Source: Verrucomicrobiota bacterium
GTDB lineage: Bacteria > Verrucomicrobiota > Verrucomicrobiia > Palsa-1439
Length of the DNA stretch: 64,000 bases
Assembly: GCA_003164675.1 (NCBI GenBank)
Contig: PLTX01000103.1
Span: 37,951-101,950 of the forward strand
Direction of reading: 5' to 3'
Shown: piece by piece, positions 9,484 to 18,637 of the stretch
Layout of the letters: each line of letters starts with the position of its first letter
Position numbering within the stretch: the first letter of the stretch is position 1
Translations under genes and position numbers: made by a program
Notes under the pieces: generated by a model
Told to the model about the DNA's origin: nothing
Database searches by the model: none
The model's input: the letters and a program-made list of their open reading frames with translations, nothing else

Positions 9484-10494
9484 ATGGCACAAGCATATAA
9501 TGTAGCAGTCGTCGGCGCGACCGGTGCGGTCGGCGTCGAGATGATCGAAACTTTGGAAAAACGCGGGTTTCCCGTGAAGAACCTGCGCTTGTTCGCGTCC
9601 GAGCGCAGCGTGGGCAAGAAACTCAAGTTCAAAGGTGCGGACGTGAGCGTCGAGTTGCTCAAAGCCGACGTGTTTCAGGGCATTGATTTTGCCCTGTTCA
9701 GCGCGGGCGCGGCGCGGTCGAAGGAATTTGCCCACGGCGCGGCCAAACAGGGCGCGGTGGTGATCGACAACTCGTCGGCGTTCCGCATGGAACCCGATGT
9801 GCCGCTCGTGGTCCCGGAGGTGAACCCCGAGGACGCGAAAAAGCACAAAGGCATCATTGCCAATCCGAACTGTTCGACCGCGATCATGTTGGTCGCCGTC
9901 TACCCATTGCACAAGGCGAACCCCGTGAAACGCATCATCGTTTCCACCTACCAGGCCGCCAGCGGCGCGGGCGCCAAGGCGATGGCGGAACTCGAGGAAC
10001 AAACCCATTCCTTGTTGCACGGCAAGAGCGATGTGAAAGCGCAAGCGCTCCCGCAACGCATTGCGTTTAATCTCTTCCCACATGTGGATGTCTTCCTCGA
10101 CAACGGCTACACCAAGGAAGAGATGAAATTCGTCAACGAATCGCGCAAGATCATGCACCATCCGACGCTGAAGATCAGCGCCACCTGCGTCCGTGTGCCC
10201 GTGTACCGCGCCCACAGCGAGGCGGTGAACATCGAGTTTGAACGCCCGATCACCGCCGCCGAGGCGCGTACGATTCTATCGAAAGCGCCCGGCGTGCAGG
10301 TTGTGGACGACCCCGCCAACAAGAAGTACCCGATGCCGATTGATGCGTCGGGAATGTATGATTGTCTCGTGGGCCGGATTCGACAGGATGTGTCGCGGGA
10401 TGACGGGCGCGGAATCGATTTGTTTGTCAGTGGCGATCAGTTATTGAAGGGCGCCGCATTGAACGCGGTGCAGATCGCCGAATTGTTGATCTAG
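9484..10494 (+). CDS. asd: aspartate-semialdehyde dehydrogenase
   Basis: MAQAYNVAVVGATGAVG with an AGGAG RBS upstream of the ATG at 9484. It contains the NCSTA active-site cysteine motif and has the typical 336-aa length. Confidence 0.92.
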   Translation: MAQAYNVAVVGATGAVGVEMIETLEKRGFPVKNLRLFASERSVGKKLKFKGADVSVELLKADVFQGIDFALFSAGAARSKEFAHGAAKQGAVVIDNSSAFRMEPDVPLVVPEVNPEDAKKHKGIIANPNCSTAIMLVAVYPLHKANPVKRIIVSTYQAASGAGAKAMAELEEQTHSLLHGKSDVKAQALPQRIAFNLFPHVDVFLDNGYTKEEMKFVNESRKIMHHPTLKISATCVRVPVYRAHSEAVNIEFERPITAAEARTILSKAPGVQVVDDPANKKYPMPIDASGMYDCLVGRIRQDVSRDDGRGIDLFVSGDQLLKGAALNAVQIAELLI

Positions 10495-10518
10495 CCGCGA
10501 CGGATTCGGCGGGGCGAC

Positions 10519-10701
10519 TCAACGGCCCATGCCGCCGGGTCCCGCAAACCCGCCCAACGCACCACTGCCTTCCCATTGCTGGGGTCGATCCCACGGGATC
10601 GAGCTAACATTGTCGTTGTTGGTCGTGGCGCATCCACTGACCAGCGCAAGGCCTGTCACCATTACGGCAAGAAGCAGAATGGTACGCAACGCCTTCATCA
10701 A
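10519..10701 (-). CDS. small lipoprotein
   Basis: 60-aa ORF with a signal peptide and lipobox, LALVSGC. Confidence 0.55.
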   Translation of the reverse strand: MMKALRTILLLAVMVTGLALVSGCATTNNDNVSSIPWDRPQQWEGSGALGGFAGPGGMGR

Positions 10702-10719
10702 TTTAACCGCCCGCCTGGG

Positions 10720-11493
10720 TTAATGCACCACAAGGTCACCCGGCTGGGGAGGGTGCTTGAGATAATCCGGCAGAATCTGGGCGATACAATTGTTCGCGGC
10801 GACGGAGACAACCTGTACTTTACCGACGAATTTGGAGTCACGGTACACCAGAAATTCCGCATTGGGCTGGACGCGCTGCGAATGGCCAACATCCATCACA
10901 ATAAAACCCCATTTGCCCTGCACGACGGAAACATGGCCGCGTAAACCAACGGGCGTGGTGCCCAGTTCCTCGACCTTCGCCTTCAACTGCTCGTTCGCCG
11001 TATGCATCACCATGAGTTGCTGGCCAAGAACCTTGTTCTCCTCTCCCATGGATACGATCCTGTCGTGAAGCTGCGCGATGTTATTGATATTCGTAATACC
11101 CACGTCTCTCAACGCGTCCTGGATATTCTTTAGTGTCGCCTGGACTGTCTCCAAATCCGCCTTGGTCTGTGCCAACTGATTCGTCGCGCCCGTCAATTGC
11201 GTCTGCAGTGAGCTGGCCTCCTGCGTCTTCTGGTCGAGCGCCGCCTTGGTCGTCACGAGGGTCGCCGTGGTTTGTACCAAATTGCTCTTCGTCGTCGTCA
11301 AGTCCGCCTGGGTCTGCTTCAATGTCCCCTTGGTCTTGGTGAGCTCGGCCTTCGTCTGGGTCAGTGAATTATCCAACTCCGCGATCTTCGCGAGGTGGGC
11401 CTTCTTCATGCCATTCAGCCTAAACGCCAGATACAACGATCCGAGGCTGACGATGACAACAACAATCGGGGCAAATTTACCAAGTCTATTCAT
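10720..11493 (-). CDS. membrane-anchored coiled-coil protein
   Basis: 257-aa ORF with an N-terminal TM helix, a long Q/T/K-rich heptad-like region and a compact C-terminal domain. Confidence 0.6.
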   Translation of the reverse strand: MNRLGKFAPIVVVIVSLGSLYLAFRLNGMKKAHLAKIAELDNSLTQTKAELTKTKGTLKQTQADLTTTKSNLVQTTATLVTTKAALDQKTQEASSLQTQLTGATNQLAQTKADLETVQATLKNIQDALRDVGITNINNIAQLHDRIVSMGEENKVLGQQLMVMHTANEQLKAKVEELGTTPVGLRGHVSVVQGKWGFIVMDVGHSQRVQPNAEFLVYRDSKFVGKVQVVSVAANNCIAQILPDYLKHPPQPGDLVVH

Positions 11494-11589
11494 AGCGCGG
11501 CTTCCTCCGTCCAGAGATTCTCCGGAAAGTCTGCCCGCATCCTAGCCAAATATCCGTACCCGTGTCAACCATGCCTTCGGCGACCCCGT

Positions 11590-12075
11590 TTACCCCTGCC
11601 AATCCCCCCTCCCGTGCCCGATATTCCGCCGCCGACTGTGTGACCGCACCTCCCCCGCCAACTCCCGCAACGCCGCGTCCACTTCCTCCTCAAAAATCTC
11701 CGCCGACATGCTCTGCGCCCCCAACGACTCCACCGTCCGCCGCTCCATGTTGTCCGACGTCGCCACCATGATGCTCGTTCTGTGTTCCGACTGTCCGACC
11801 AGCCGCTCGATCAAATCATCCGCCGTCTTGCCTTTGTCCGAAAACAGCACCTCGACCCCATGCGTCGGCTCCTGCCCTTCCGGCTTGCGTTTCGCCGCGT
11901 AACCATCGAACACCACCGTCACCCGGCGGTGACTGTGGTCCGCGTACTGCCGCAGCAACGCCACCAACGCCTCGCGTTTCTGCTGCAGCGACAACTGCCG
12001 CGCCCTGCGAGTCGTAAACCGCGGCCACGCATGCAGCAGGCTGTACCCGTCCACCAGTATCCAGGGATTGGTCAC
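11590..12075 (-). CDS. NYN-domain / YacP-like predicted RNase
   Basis: ILVDGYSLLH...VTVVFDG...VLFSDKGKTADDLIERL...VATSD pattern, typical of YacP/NYN proteins. Confidence 0.7.
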   Translation of the reverse strand: MTNPWILVDGYSLLHAWPRFTTRRARQLSLQQKREALVALLRQYADHSHRRVTVVFDGYAAKRKPEGQEPTHGVEVLFSDKGKTADDLIERLVGQSEHRTSIMVATSDNMERRTVESLGAQSMSAEIFEEEVDAALRELAGEVRSHSRRRNIGHGRGDWQG

Positions 12076-12316
12076 CGATCAGCCACAAATTGACGCTCTG
12101 GATTCATTCCTCCTACGTGATACTCGAACTCTCGCCGGAAAAGAAGCTCTCCCTGCCAACGCGTTTGGCGCTTCCGCGCCCCGCCCAAATTCTTCCAACC
12201 GTAACGTTTCGGTAATCCACTCCGTGGCAGGCTGCGGCGCGGTCGGCCAATGGCCGGCTCACGGCCCGCGAAAACGGGCCCGTGAAACGCACACATGCCA
12301 ACAGGAGGTAGTCAGT

Positions 12317-12835
12317 ATGCAGATTAAGACAATCGTTTCAGGAATTGCCGCTCTCGCCCTCGTCGCGGGGCTCGCCATCAACGTGTCCGCCGAGGAGAAA
12401 GGGGAGAACGAAAAGCCTCTGGCCCTCGCGGATGTTCCAGCCGCCGTACAATCCGCGATCAAACAGTTCGCGGGAAGCAACCCCATCGAAAGAATCTCCA
12501 AAGAATCTGAAGACAACAAAACCATTTTCGAAGCCGCGATCACCATCAACGGCTCGAAACAGGCCATCGAGGTGTTCGCCGACGGTACCGTAAACCAGAC
12601 CGAAAAGCAGGTCTCGCTGAAAGACGTTCCCGACCCCGTCCAGGCCGCCATCAAGTCGCTGGCTGGCTCGGGTTCGGTTGACGAGATTGTCGAAGAAACC
12701 TCCGACGGCAAGAAGAACTACGAAGTCGAAGTCACCGTGAACGGGAAGAAGAGGGAAGTCCACATCGATGCCAACGGGAAGATTGAGAAAGACGAAGGAA
12801 AGTGCGAGCACAAAGGACACGGCGACAAAGATTAA
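12317..12835 (+). CDS. secreted PepSY-like tandem-domain protein
   Basis: ATG at 12317 behind an AGGAGG RBS, followed by a signal peptide. Two internal repeats (VPAAVQSAIKQFAGS...EAAITINGSKQAIEVFADGTV and VPDPVQAAIKSLAGS...EVEVTVNGKKREVHIDANGKI). Confidence 0.6.
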   Translation: MQIKTIVSGIAALALVAGLAINVSAEEKGENEKPLALADVPAAVQSAIKQFAGSNPIERISKESEDNKTIFEAAITINGSKQAIEVFADGTVNQTEKQVSLKDVPDPVQAAIKSLAGSGSVDEIVEETSDGKKNYEVEVTVNGKKREVHIDANGKIEKDEGKCEHKGHGDKD

Positions 12836-12863
12836 GCCGCCCAACGATCCGCAATTGAGGACG

Positions 12864-12905
12864 GGTTCTGGGGCGTCCGTTTCCCCTCAGAACCTTGTCT
12901 TTTTT
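12864..12905 (+). terminator. rho-independent terminator
   Basis: GGGTTCTGGGG-N10-CCCTCAGAACC hairpin followed by TTGTCTTTTTT. Confidence 0.6.
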
Positions 12906-12919
12906 GGTAGAATGTCCCC

Positions 12920-13597
12920 ATGAAGGTGTTGTTCGTGGAAGATTCGGCCCGTCTTCAGATGTCGGTAGGCCGCGCCCTGCGCAAAGCGGGCTACGTCGTG
13001 GATGTTTCCGGCGATGGGGAAGACGGACTGTGGCGCGCGGAGACGACCGACTACGATGCGGTCGTGCTCGACATCCAGCTCCCCAAACTCGATGGTCTTT
13101 CGCTGCTGCAGAAGCTTCGCGAGAAAGGCAAGAACACCCATGTCCTCCTGCTGACGGCCAAGGACACCGTAGAAGACCGCGTGCGCGGACTACAGCGCGG
13201 CGCGGATGATTACCTTGTCAAACCGTTTGCGCTCGAGGAGTTGCTCGCCCGCGTCGAGGCGCTGTGCCGTCGCGCCTATGCCAGCAAACAACCCCGCCTC
13301 ATCATCGGCGATCTGGAAATCGACACCGTTGCCAAGGAGGTGTTCCGCGCAGGTCATCCGGTCAAATTGATGCCCCGGGAATACCTGCTGCTGGAGTACC
13401 TTGTCCGCCGAGCCGGCCAGGTCGTATCGCGTCCCGAAATCGAAGCGCACATCTATAATGAAGAGGTGGACCTGATGAGCAACGTCGTCGAGTCCGCCAT
13501 CTCCTCGTTGCGAAAGAAAATCAGCGCGCCCAATCCAGCCCCGCTCATTCACACGCGCCACGGCCTTGGCTACGTGCTCAAGGCGGAACCGGAATGA
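12920..13597 (+). CDS. OmpR-family response regulator
   Basis: Receiver domain (VLDIQLPKLDG, LLLTAKD, DDYLVKPF) plus a winged-helix trans_reg_C domain. ATGA overlap with the downstream kinase fragment. Confidence 0.9.
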   Translation: MKVLFVEDSARLQMSVGRALRKAGYVVDVSGDGEDGLWRAETTDYDAVVLDIQLPKLDGLSLLQKLREKGKNTHVLLLTAKDTVEDRVRGLQRGADDYLVKPFALEELLARVEALCRRAYASKQPRLIIGDLEIDTVAKEVFRAGHPVKLMPREYLLLEYLVRRAGQVVSRPEIEAHIYNEEVDLMSNVVESAISSLRKKISAPNPAPLIHTRHGLGYVLKAEPE

Positions 13598-14022
13598 GAA
13601 CGATCCGCCAGCGGCTCACCGCCAAACTGCTCCTCGGCTTCGCCGTGCCGCTTGCGGTGGGGGGGCTGGCCGTTTTTCTCCTTACCCGGGCTGCATTGCT
13701 GGAACAATTCGACGCCACTCTCCGCGCCCAAGCCATGGCCATCGTAAGCGCTGCCCGACAAGACCGCGAACGCATGGATCTCGAAATCCCCAATTCGCCG
13801 GAGCGGGATACGCACAGACACGCCAGCTTCTATCAGATATGGCGGATGGACGGCACCACCTTGCGGCGCTCCGGCCCTCTACGCGCTGCCGACCTGCCGT
13901 TGCGCTACGGTTCGCTGCACCGACCGAAATATTGGAACCTGAGGCTACCCTCTGGGGGACCCGGTCGCGCCATCGGCATCAGATTCACTCCGAATACCGC
14001 AACGGAAGGCTCCCCGTCGGCG
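13594..14022 (+). pseudogene. sensor histidine kinase, 5' fragment (interrupted by IS)
   Basis: TM helix plus periplasmic sensor region. The frame runs into the IS and stops at 14038-14040. It continues in frame at 16279 once the element and one copy of the 9-bp duplication are removed. Confidence 0.8.
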
Positions 14023-14113
14023 GGCGTTGTCCTAATTTGAAATCGGGTTTTTCCTTGCGGAAGTCCCGAAAAGCGGAGAAAACTACTGAACCGCGACCAC
14101 AGGAGGGCTTACG

Positions 14114-14389
14114 ATGACACCCGCAGACGAATCTCGCATGAAGGAACTGACATTCCGCTGCCTTGCCGGACAAACACTTCAATTAGAGTTGATTCACCAA
14201 CTCGAAATCGAACTTGAGGAAGTGGCTCATATAGCCTGCGACCAAAAGCCAGGAGTTGCGCCCATGAAAGAGAGGATAAAGCGTCGTGCTGTAGCCGTTG
14301 TGCGCGAGAGGATGCGGCACTATGCCGACATTGACCCCGACATGGCTTCTTGGATTTCGCGCGTTGCCGATGAGTATGAGAAGTCTTGA
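14114..14389 (+). CDS. hypothetical protein (IS passenger)
   Basis: 91-aa ORF with an AGGAGG RBS 8 nt upstream of the ATG. No recognisable motif. Confidence 0.45.
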   Translation: MTPADESRMKELTFRCLAGQTLQLELIHQLEIELEEVAHIACDQKPGVAPMKERIKRRAVAVVRERMRHYADIDPDMASWISRVADEYEKS

Positions 14390-14395
14390 GCGTTT

Positions 14396-14734
14396 TCATG
14401 TCTCTTTGTCGTGCGTATTGTAACAGGGATTCGCTTCGCTGGCAATCGCCACGCGGACGGCATCCGGGGCAGATTTGACGGGGGGAAGTTCTAGCACTGC
14501 CACAAAGCGGCTTCTGTTGGCCTTGCCGGTACCCTCAATCCATGCGTAGCATCGCTTGGCCTTTGGATGGTCACTCACCGCGAACACTTCTACAGTGCCC
14601 CGCCAGATCGTCTTGCCCCGGAACGATTCCACGACGGGCACACTCTCGACGTGGCGCGACTCGCAACCGTGCAGTTTGCGAATAGCGTTTGTCAGAGAGG
14701 CGATATGGTCAGTTTTGGTAGCAGGCTTCTTCAA
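14396..14734 (-). CDS. hypothetical protein (IS passenger, overlaps 3' end of transposase gene)
   Basis: 112-aa ORF whose start overlaps the transposase stop by 26 nt, suggesting co-transcription. Confidence 0.5.
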   Translation of the reverse strand: MKKPATKTDHIASLTNAIRKLHGCESRHVESVPVVESFRGKTIWRGTVEVFAVSDHPKAKRCYAWIEGTGKANRSRFVAVLELPPVKSAPDAVRVAIASEANPCYNTHDKET

Positions 14735-15539
14735 TGAGTTGCTTGACCGTCCAGATTGATTCGCTCACGCCACAGGCCATTGCAGGCGTGCAACGCAAGG
14801 CATGGTGAACCTTCACGAAATTGTAATAGCCAAAGTGCAAGCCGATTGCAGCCTTAAAATTCTCCAGCCGTTTGCTGTAGGCGTTCGTGAGGCGTGTTAG
14901 GCGACGAATGTGCATACGCATCGTCAGGTTTTGGGCTTCGACGTGTGACGTGCAAATAGATTCAATCCTTGGTGCTCCGAATATCGGCACCTTCTGAATA
15001 CTGACAATTTCAGCCGGCGAATACTTACCAGTAGGAACACCTGATTCATAGGATTTTACAAGCTGGCCGTAGTCAATGCGGCAACCAAAGGCGTTTTCAA
15101 CCGCGAAAGCGTAGGTGTTCAGTGAATCGGTGGTCAACTGCACACGGGTTGCAAGCCGCGAGGACAAATCCTCAATGAAAAGCATCGTGTTGGGCAGATC
15201 ACGCTTGCCCACCCGGAAGGTCGGGACGACTTTGCTTTCTTGGTCAATCGCAACAAACGTGTAGAAGTCGCCCCGGTCCGCCTCATCCTCATCGGGTTTG
15301 ATGCGCCGCTGATGGCATTTCACGTATCCCCATATCTCATCGGCCTGCACTCGGCGGCACGGCAAATTACGCATGGCGCGCTTCATTAGCTCGGTGCACC
15401 CTTGCCCGATTTTCAGGCCAAGGCGCATCACTGTATCCCGATGCACAGAGGTCAAACGCTCCGTGGAACGGATGCTCATTCCCTCTGCTAGTGCGCCGAC
15501 CACCGCAACCTGCTTTTCAATACTCAATATGTTTGCCAT
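14709..15539 (-). CDS. IS1-family transposase (single-ORF type)
   Basis: N-terminal HTH (SIRSTERLTSVHRDTVMRLG). DEIWGYV...FVAID...SHVEAQNLTMRMHIRRLTRLTNAYSKRLENFKAAIGLHFGYYNFVKVH matches single-ORF IS1-family transposases as recalled. Confidence 0.8.
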   Translation of the reverse strand: MANILSIEKQVAVVGALAEGMSIRSTERLTSVHRDTVMRLGLKIGQGCTELMKRAMRNLPCRRVQADEIWGYVKCHQRRIKPDEDEADRGDFYTFVAIDQESKVVPTFRVGKRDLPNTMLFIEDLSSRLATRVQLTTDSLNTYAFAVENAFGCRIDYGQLVKSYESGVPTGKYSPAEIVSIQKVPIFGAPRIESICTSHVEAQNLTMRMHIRRLTRLTNAYSKRLENFKAAIGLHFGYYNFVKVHHALRCTPAMACGVSESIWTVKQLIEEACYQN

Positions 15540-15638
15540 GGCTCACTCCGTTTCTTATATGACTTATCGTACACGAAAAGTAGAAACATACAAGCACTTT
15601 CTGTGTACAAAAACCCTTTTCTTTGCTATTGTCTGCTT

Positions 15639-15809
15639 ATGACTAAGCGAATGGGCAGGCCGAAGCTGCCCCCAAACCAGAGGCGGGAAGAAATTCTTTC
15701 CATCCGGTTTACCAAGCCAGAACTTGCTAAAATCAGGGCAAAAGCCAAGCAAGATGGCCTCGACCCGCGCGAATGGGGCAGAAAACACTTGCTTTCCGAA
15801 TCCAAGTGA
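15639..15809 (+). CDS. ribbon-helix-helix (MobC/CopG-like) protein
   Basis: MTKRMGRPKLPPNQRREEILSIRFTKPELAKIRAKAKQDG is a typical RHH beta-strand plus helix pattern. Divergent from the transposase. Confidence 0.5.
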   Translation: MTKRMGRPKLPPNQRREEILSIRFTKPELAKIRAKAKQDGLDPREWGRKHLLSESK

Positions 15810-16278
15810 TTTAGCCTCTACCGAAATATGGTTGGAGCCAGTGAGATTCGGACTCACATTTTCCGAGTGTAAACCACGGCTGACTTAACCAGTTAGTCGA
15901 TGGCCCCGTAAGGGGTCTCTGGGGCCGCGTGAGACTGACCTGCAAAAGAAAGCTCACGCGGCCCGATTTCTTATGCGCGATATGGGCAACCCCCAAGACC
16001 TTAGTTCTAACCGCGCTTCAACTCTTCTGAACATAAACTCGTTCCTTTCCAAATAAAAAGCCGAAGTCCTCGCTGCGGGATCTTCGGCCATTCTTGCTGT
16101 TCGTCTAGACCTTAGACGAACTACGAACTAACTGAGTGAATGAATCGCATGTGGGCGGCCATTAGTCAATAAGGTTTTTTCATTCGCGAACCTAGAGGAT
16201 GTAATGTCGTTTCGATCATGCCGGCGTGGAAAAAGCGTAAGTAGCCTGATACCAACAGCATTCAAATTAGGACAGCGC

Positions 16279-17268
16279 CCGTCGGCGCCAATGGATGTCG
16301 TCCTCGTGGTGGCGTCCGACACCGACGAATTGGAAGAGACCCTTGGCGCCCTGGCGTTCGCGCTGTTCGGTTGCGGCGCGGCATTATTGGCCGTCACCAT
16401 CGTCATTGTGCCACGCCTCTTGCGCCGCGAGTTGGCTCCGTTGAATGAACTCGCCGAACGCGCTGCGCGCGTCAACGCCGAGTCGCTGGCCACGCGATTC
16501 CCCACAAATGGCCCGCCCGGCGAGTTGGTCCCCATTGCCCAGCGGCTGAATGATCTCTTGGCGCGCTTGCAGCAATCTTTCGAACGGGAGCGACAATTCA
16601 GCGCTGATCTCGCTCACGAATTGCGCACTCCCATCGCCGAGTTGCGCAGTCTGGCCGAAGTCGCGCTCAAGTGGCCCGACGCCCGTGAGGCAACCACCGA
16701 CCGCGAAACCCTGGCCATCGCCCTGCAGATGGAGGGTATCGTCACCCGCCTTCTTGCCCTGCTTCGGTGCGAGCGCGGACAACTCCCCGTCGCTGCGGAG
16801 CGCGTCGCACTTGCGCCCCTGATCCAGAGCGTCTGGCAGTCGTTTGCCGAACGGGCCGTCGCCAAGGAACTGATTGTCACCGTGAACGCCACCGACGGCA
16901 CCGAAGTGCAAACCGATCCCGTCCTGTTGCGCTCCATCCTCACCAATCTCATGGACAACGCGGTGGAATACACGCCTCGCGGTGGGACAATCACTGCCGA
17001 GGGTGCCGTGAAAGACGGCCGGTTTCTCCTGCGCGTGATGAACACAACCGACAGCCTCACCGCCGAAGATGTCACACACTTCTTTGAACGATTCTGGCGG
17101 AAAGAGAGCGCTCGATCCGATTCGAAACATGCCGGGCTGGGACTGTCCTTGGCAAAGGCATTCTGCGAATGCCTGGGGCTGCAACTTGGCGCGCAGTTCC
17201 TCGATCACTCCACGCTTTCCATCATGGTGACGGGGCCGACCACAATCGCTGAAAAGCGACCACGCTAA
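16279..17268 (+). pseudogene. sensor histidine kinase, 3' fragment (HAMP, HisKA, HATPase_c)
   Basis: H-box FSADLAHELRTPIAEL, N-box LTNLMDNAVEYTP, G-box GLGLSLAKAF. In frame with 13594-14022 after excising the IS. Confidence 0.85.
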
Positions 17269-17299
17269 CCTCACATCCCGTTCACCTCGAAGAAACGCT

Positions 17300-18556
17300 T
17301 CAGGCGCCGACGAAGTTGTTCTCGGCCAGGCCGACACGGGCGACTTCCACGCCCACGATGCAGACGTCGTCCGCAAACCCGCGGTTGCCGGCATGCTTTT
17401 GAACGTCCGCCAGCAGTTCGTCGAACAACTGCGCGGCAGGCAACTGGCTCCGCTTGCTCACCGCCGCCAGCAACCGTTCCTGGCCGTATTCGTCTCCTTC
17501 CGCGCCCTCCACCTCGTACAAGCCGTCCGTAAACAGCACGACCAAATCCTGTGGCGACACCGGACACCGGCAAATCGGATACACGGACTCTTCGAACACG
17601 CCGAGCGCCGGACCGGGCCGGCTCCCGGGAAATCGCAGCGCCTCGACCGTGCCCATATTTCGCCGCACCAGCAAGGCACTTGGATGCCCCGCGCTCGAGT
17701 ACCGCAATTCTCCGCGCGCCAGATCCACTACCAGGTAAAATGCCGATGCAAACATCGGCGCCCGCGTCTGCGTCAAAATCCCGAGCAGTCCGCGATTGAT
17801 CTCCACCAGAAACTTGTCCGGTTCCCCCGCTGCCGACACCAACTCCTCGGCCAATGCGCGCACCATCGCGGTCACCAGCGCAGCCCGCACGCCATGTCCC
17901 ATCACGTCGCAGATGAACACACCGGCCTGCGTGTCGGAAATCGGCAACACATCAAAGAAATCGCCGCCCACGGCCCCCGTGGGAAGGTACCGGTGACAAA
18001 AACGCAACGCGCTCTCTTTGGCCGGGGCGTTTCTCGGAAAGGTCGGATACCGTTCCGGCAAGAACGCCCCCTGAACTTCGCGCGCCACGTTCAGGTCGGC
18101 TTCCACCTGGGCATTCTTTTCGCGCAACTCTTCCGCGAAACGGGCGACTTGCAGCTCCAGTTGCTTTCGTTCGAGTGCGCTGCTGATCGCCCGCGTGAGC
18201 GACGGGACATCCAGACTGTCTTTTGGCAGGTAATCTTTTGCCCCGCGTTTCATGGCTTCGACGGCCATGGACTCGTTGCCCATGCCCGTCAGCATGATGA
18301 CCGCCGGCTGCCGCGGCATCGGCAGGCTGCGAATGTGCGCCAGCACGGTCATCCCGTCGGCCCCGGGTAGTTTGTCATCGAGGATCACCAATGAGTATTT
18401 CGTATTCGCAATCTCCTCGATGGCTTTTCCCGCCGTGTCGACACACTTCGGGACAAACCGCATCTCCGCGCCCAGCGATGGCAGCAATCGTTGCAGAATC
18501 TCCGCGTAGACCGGATTGTCTTCGACAACAAGCAAGGGGGCGGGTTCGGCGCTCAT
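17300..18556 (-). CDS. response-regulator receiver fused to PP2C/SpoIIE phosphatase
   Basis: Receiver (LLVVEDNP...LVILDDKLPGADG...KDYLPK) followed by a coiled linker and a SpoIIE-type domain (GGDFFDV...CDVMGHG...FTDGLYE). Confidence 0.88.
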   Translation of the reverse strand: MSAEPAPLLVVEDNPVYAEILQRLLPSLGAEMRFVPKCVDTAGKAIEEIANTKYSLVILDDKLPGADGMTVLAHIRSLPMPRQPAVIMLTGMGNESMAVEAMKRGAKDYLPKDSLDVPSLTRAISSALERKQLELQVARFAEELREKNAQVEADLNVAREVQGAFLPERYPTFPRNAPAKESALRFCHRYLPTGAVGGDFFDVLPISDTQAGVFICDVMGHGVRAALVTAMVRALAEELVSAAGEPDKFLVEINRGLLGILTQTRAPMFASAFYLVVDLARGELRYSSAGHPSALLVRRNMGTVEALRFPGSRPGPALGVFEESVYPICRCPVSPQDLVVLFTDGLYEVEGAEGDEYGQERLLAAVSKRSQLPAAQLFDELLADVQKHAGNRGFADDVCIVGVEVARVGLAENNFVGA

Positions 18557-18637
18557 GGGGACGAAGGTGACTCGTCCTTGAGTGGAAGCTTCGAGATGTG
18601 CAGCCAGTATTGCGGAATGGCCTCGACCAGCGGAATG

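Larger units (their letters stand above)
14023..16278 (-). mobile_element. IS1-family (ISMhu11-like) insertion sequence with passenger genes
   Basis: Imperfect terminal inverted repeats GGCGTTGTCCTAATTTGAA (14023-14041) and TTCAAATTAGGACAGCGCC (16261-16279; the last base is ambiguous with the target duplication). 9-bp direct repeat CCGTCGGCG at 14014-14022 and 16279-16287. Contains a DDE transposase gene and is visibly lower in GC. Confidence 0.85.

Noticed and set aside
8841-9662. 273-aa minus-strand ORF spanning the asd upstream region.
   Set aside because: It overlaps the asd start and runs through repeat and noncoding elements. The translation is Pro/Thr/Ser-rich without motifs, and no RBS is evident.
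12068-12316. N-terminal extension of the PepSY-like ORF, and the long N-terminal extensions of ORFs 4743, 9454, 38647, 59552, 58832, 57551..58282 and 62083.
   Set aside because: Internal ATGs with good RBSs coincide with canonical family N-termini or signal peptides. The extensions overlap neighbouring genes or have noncoding-like composition.
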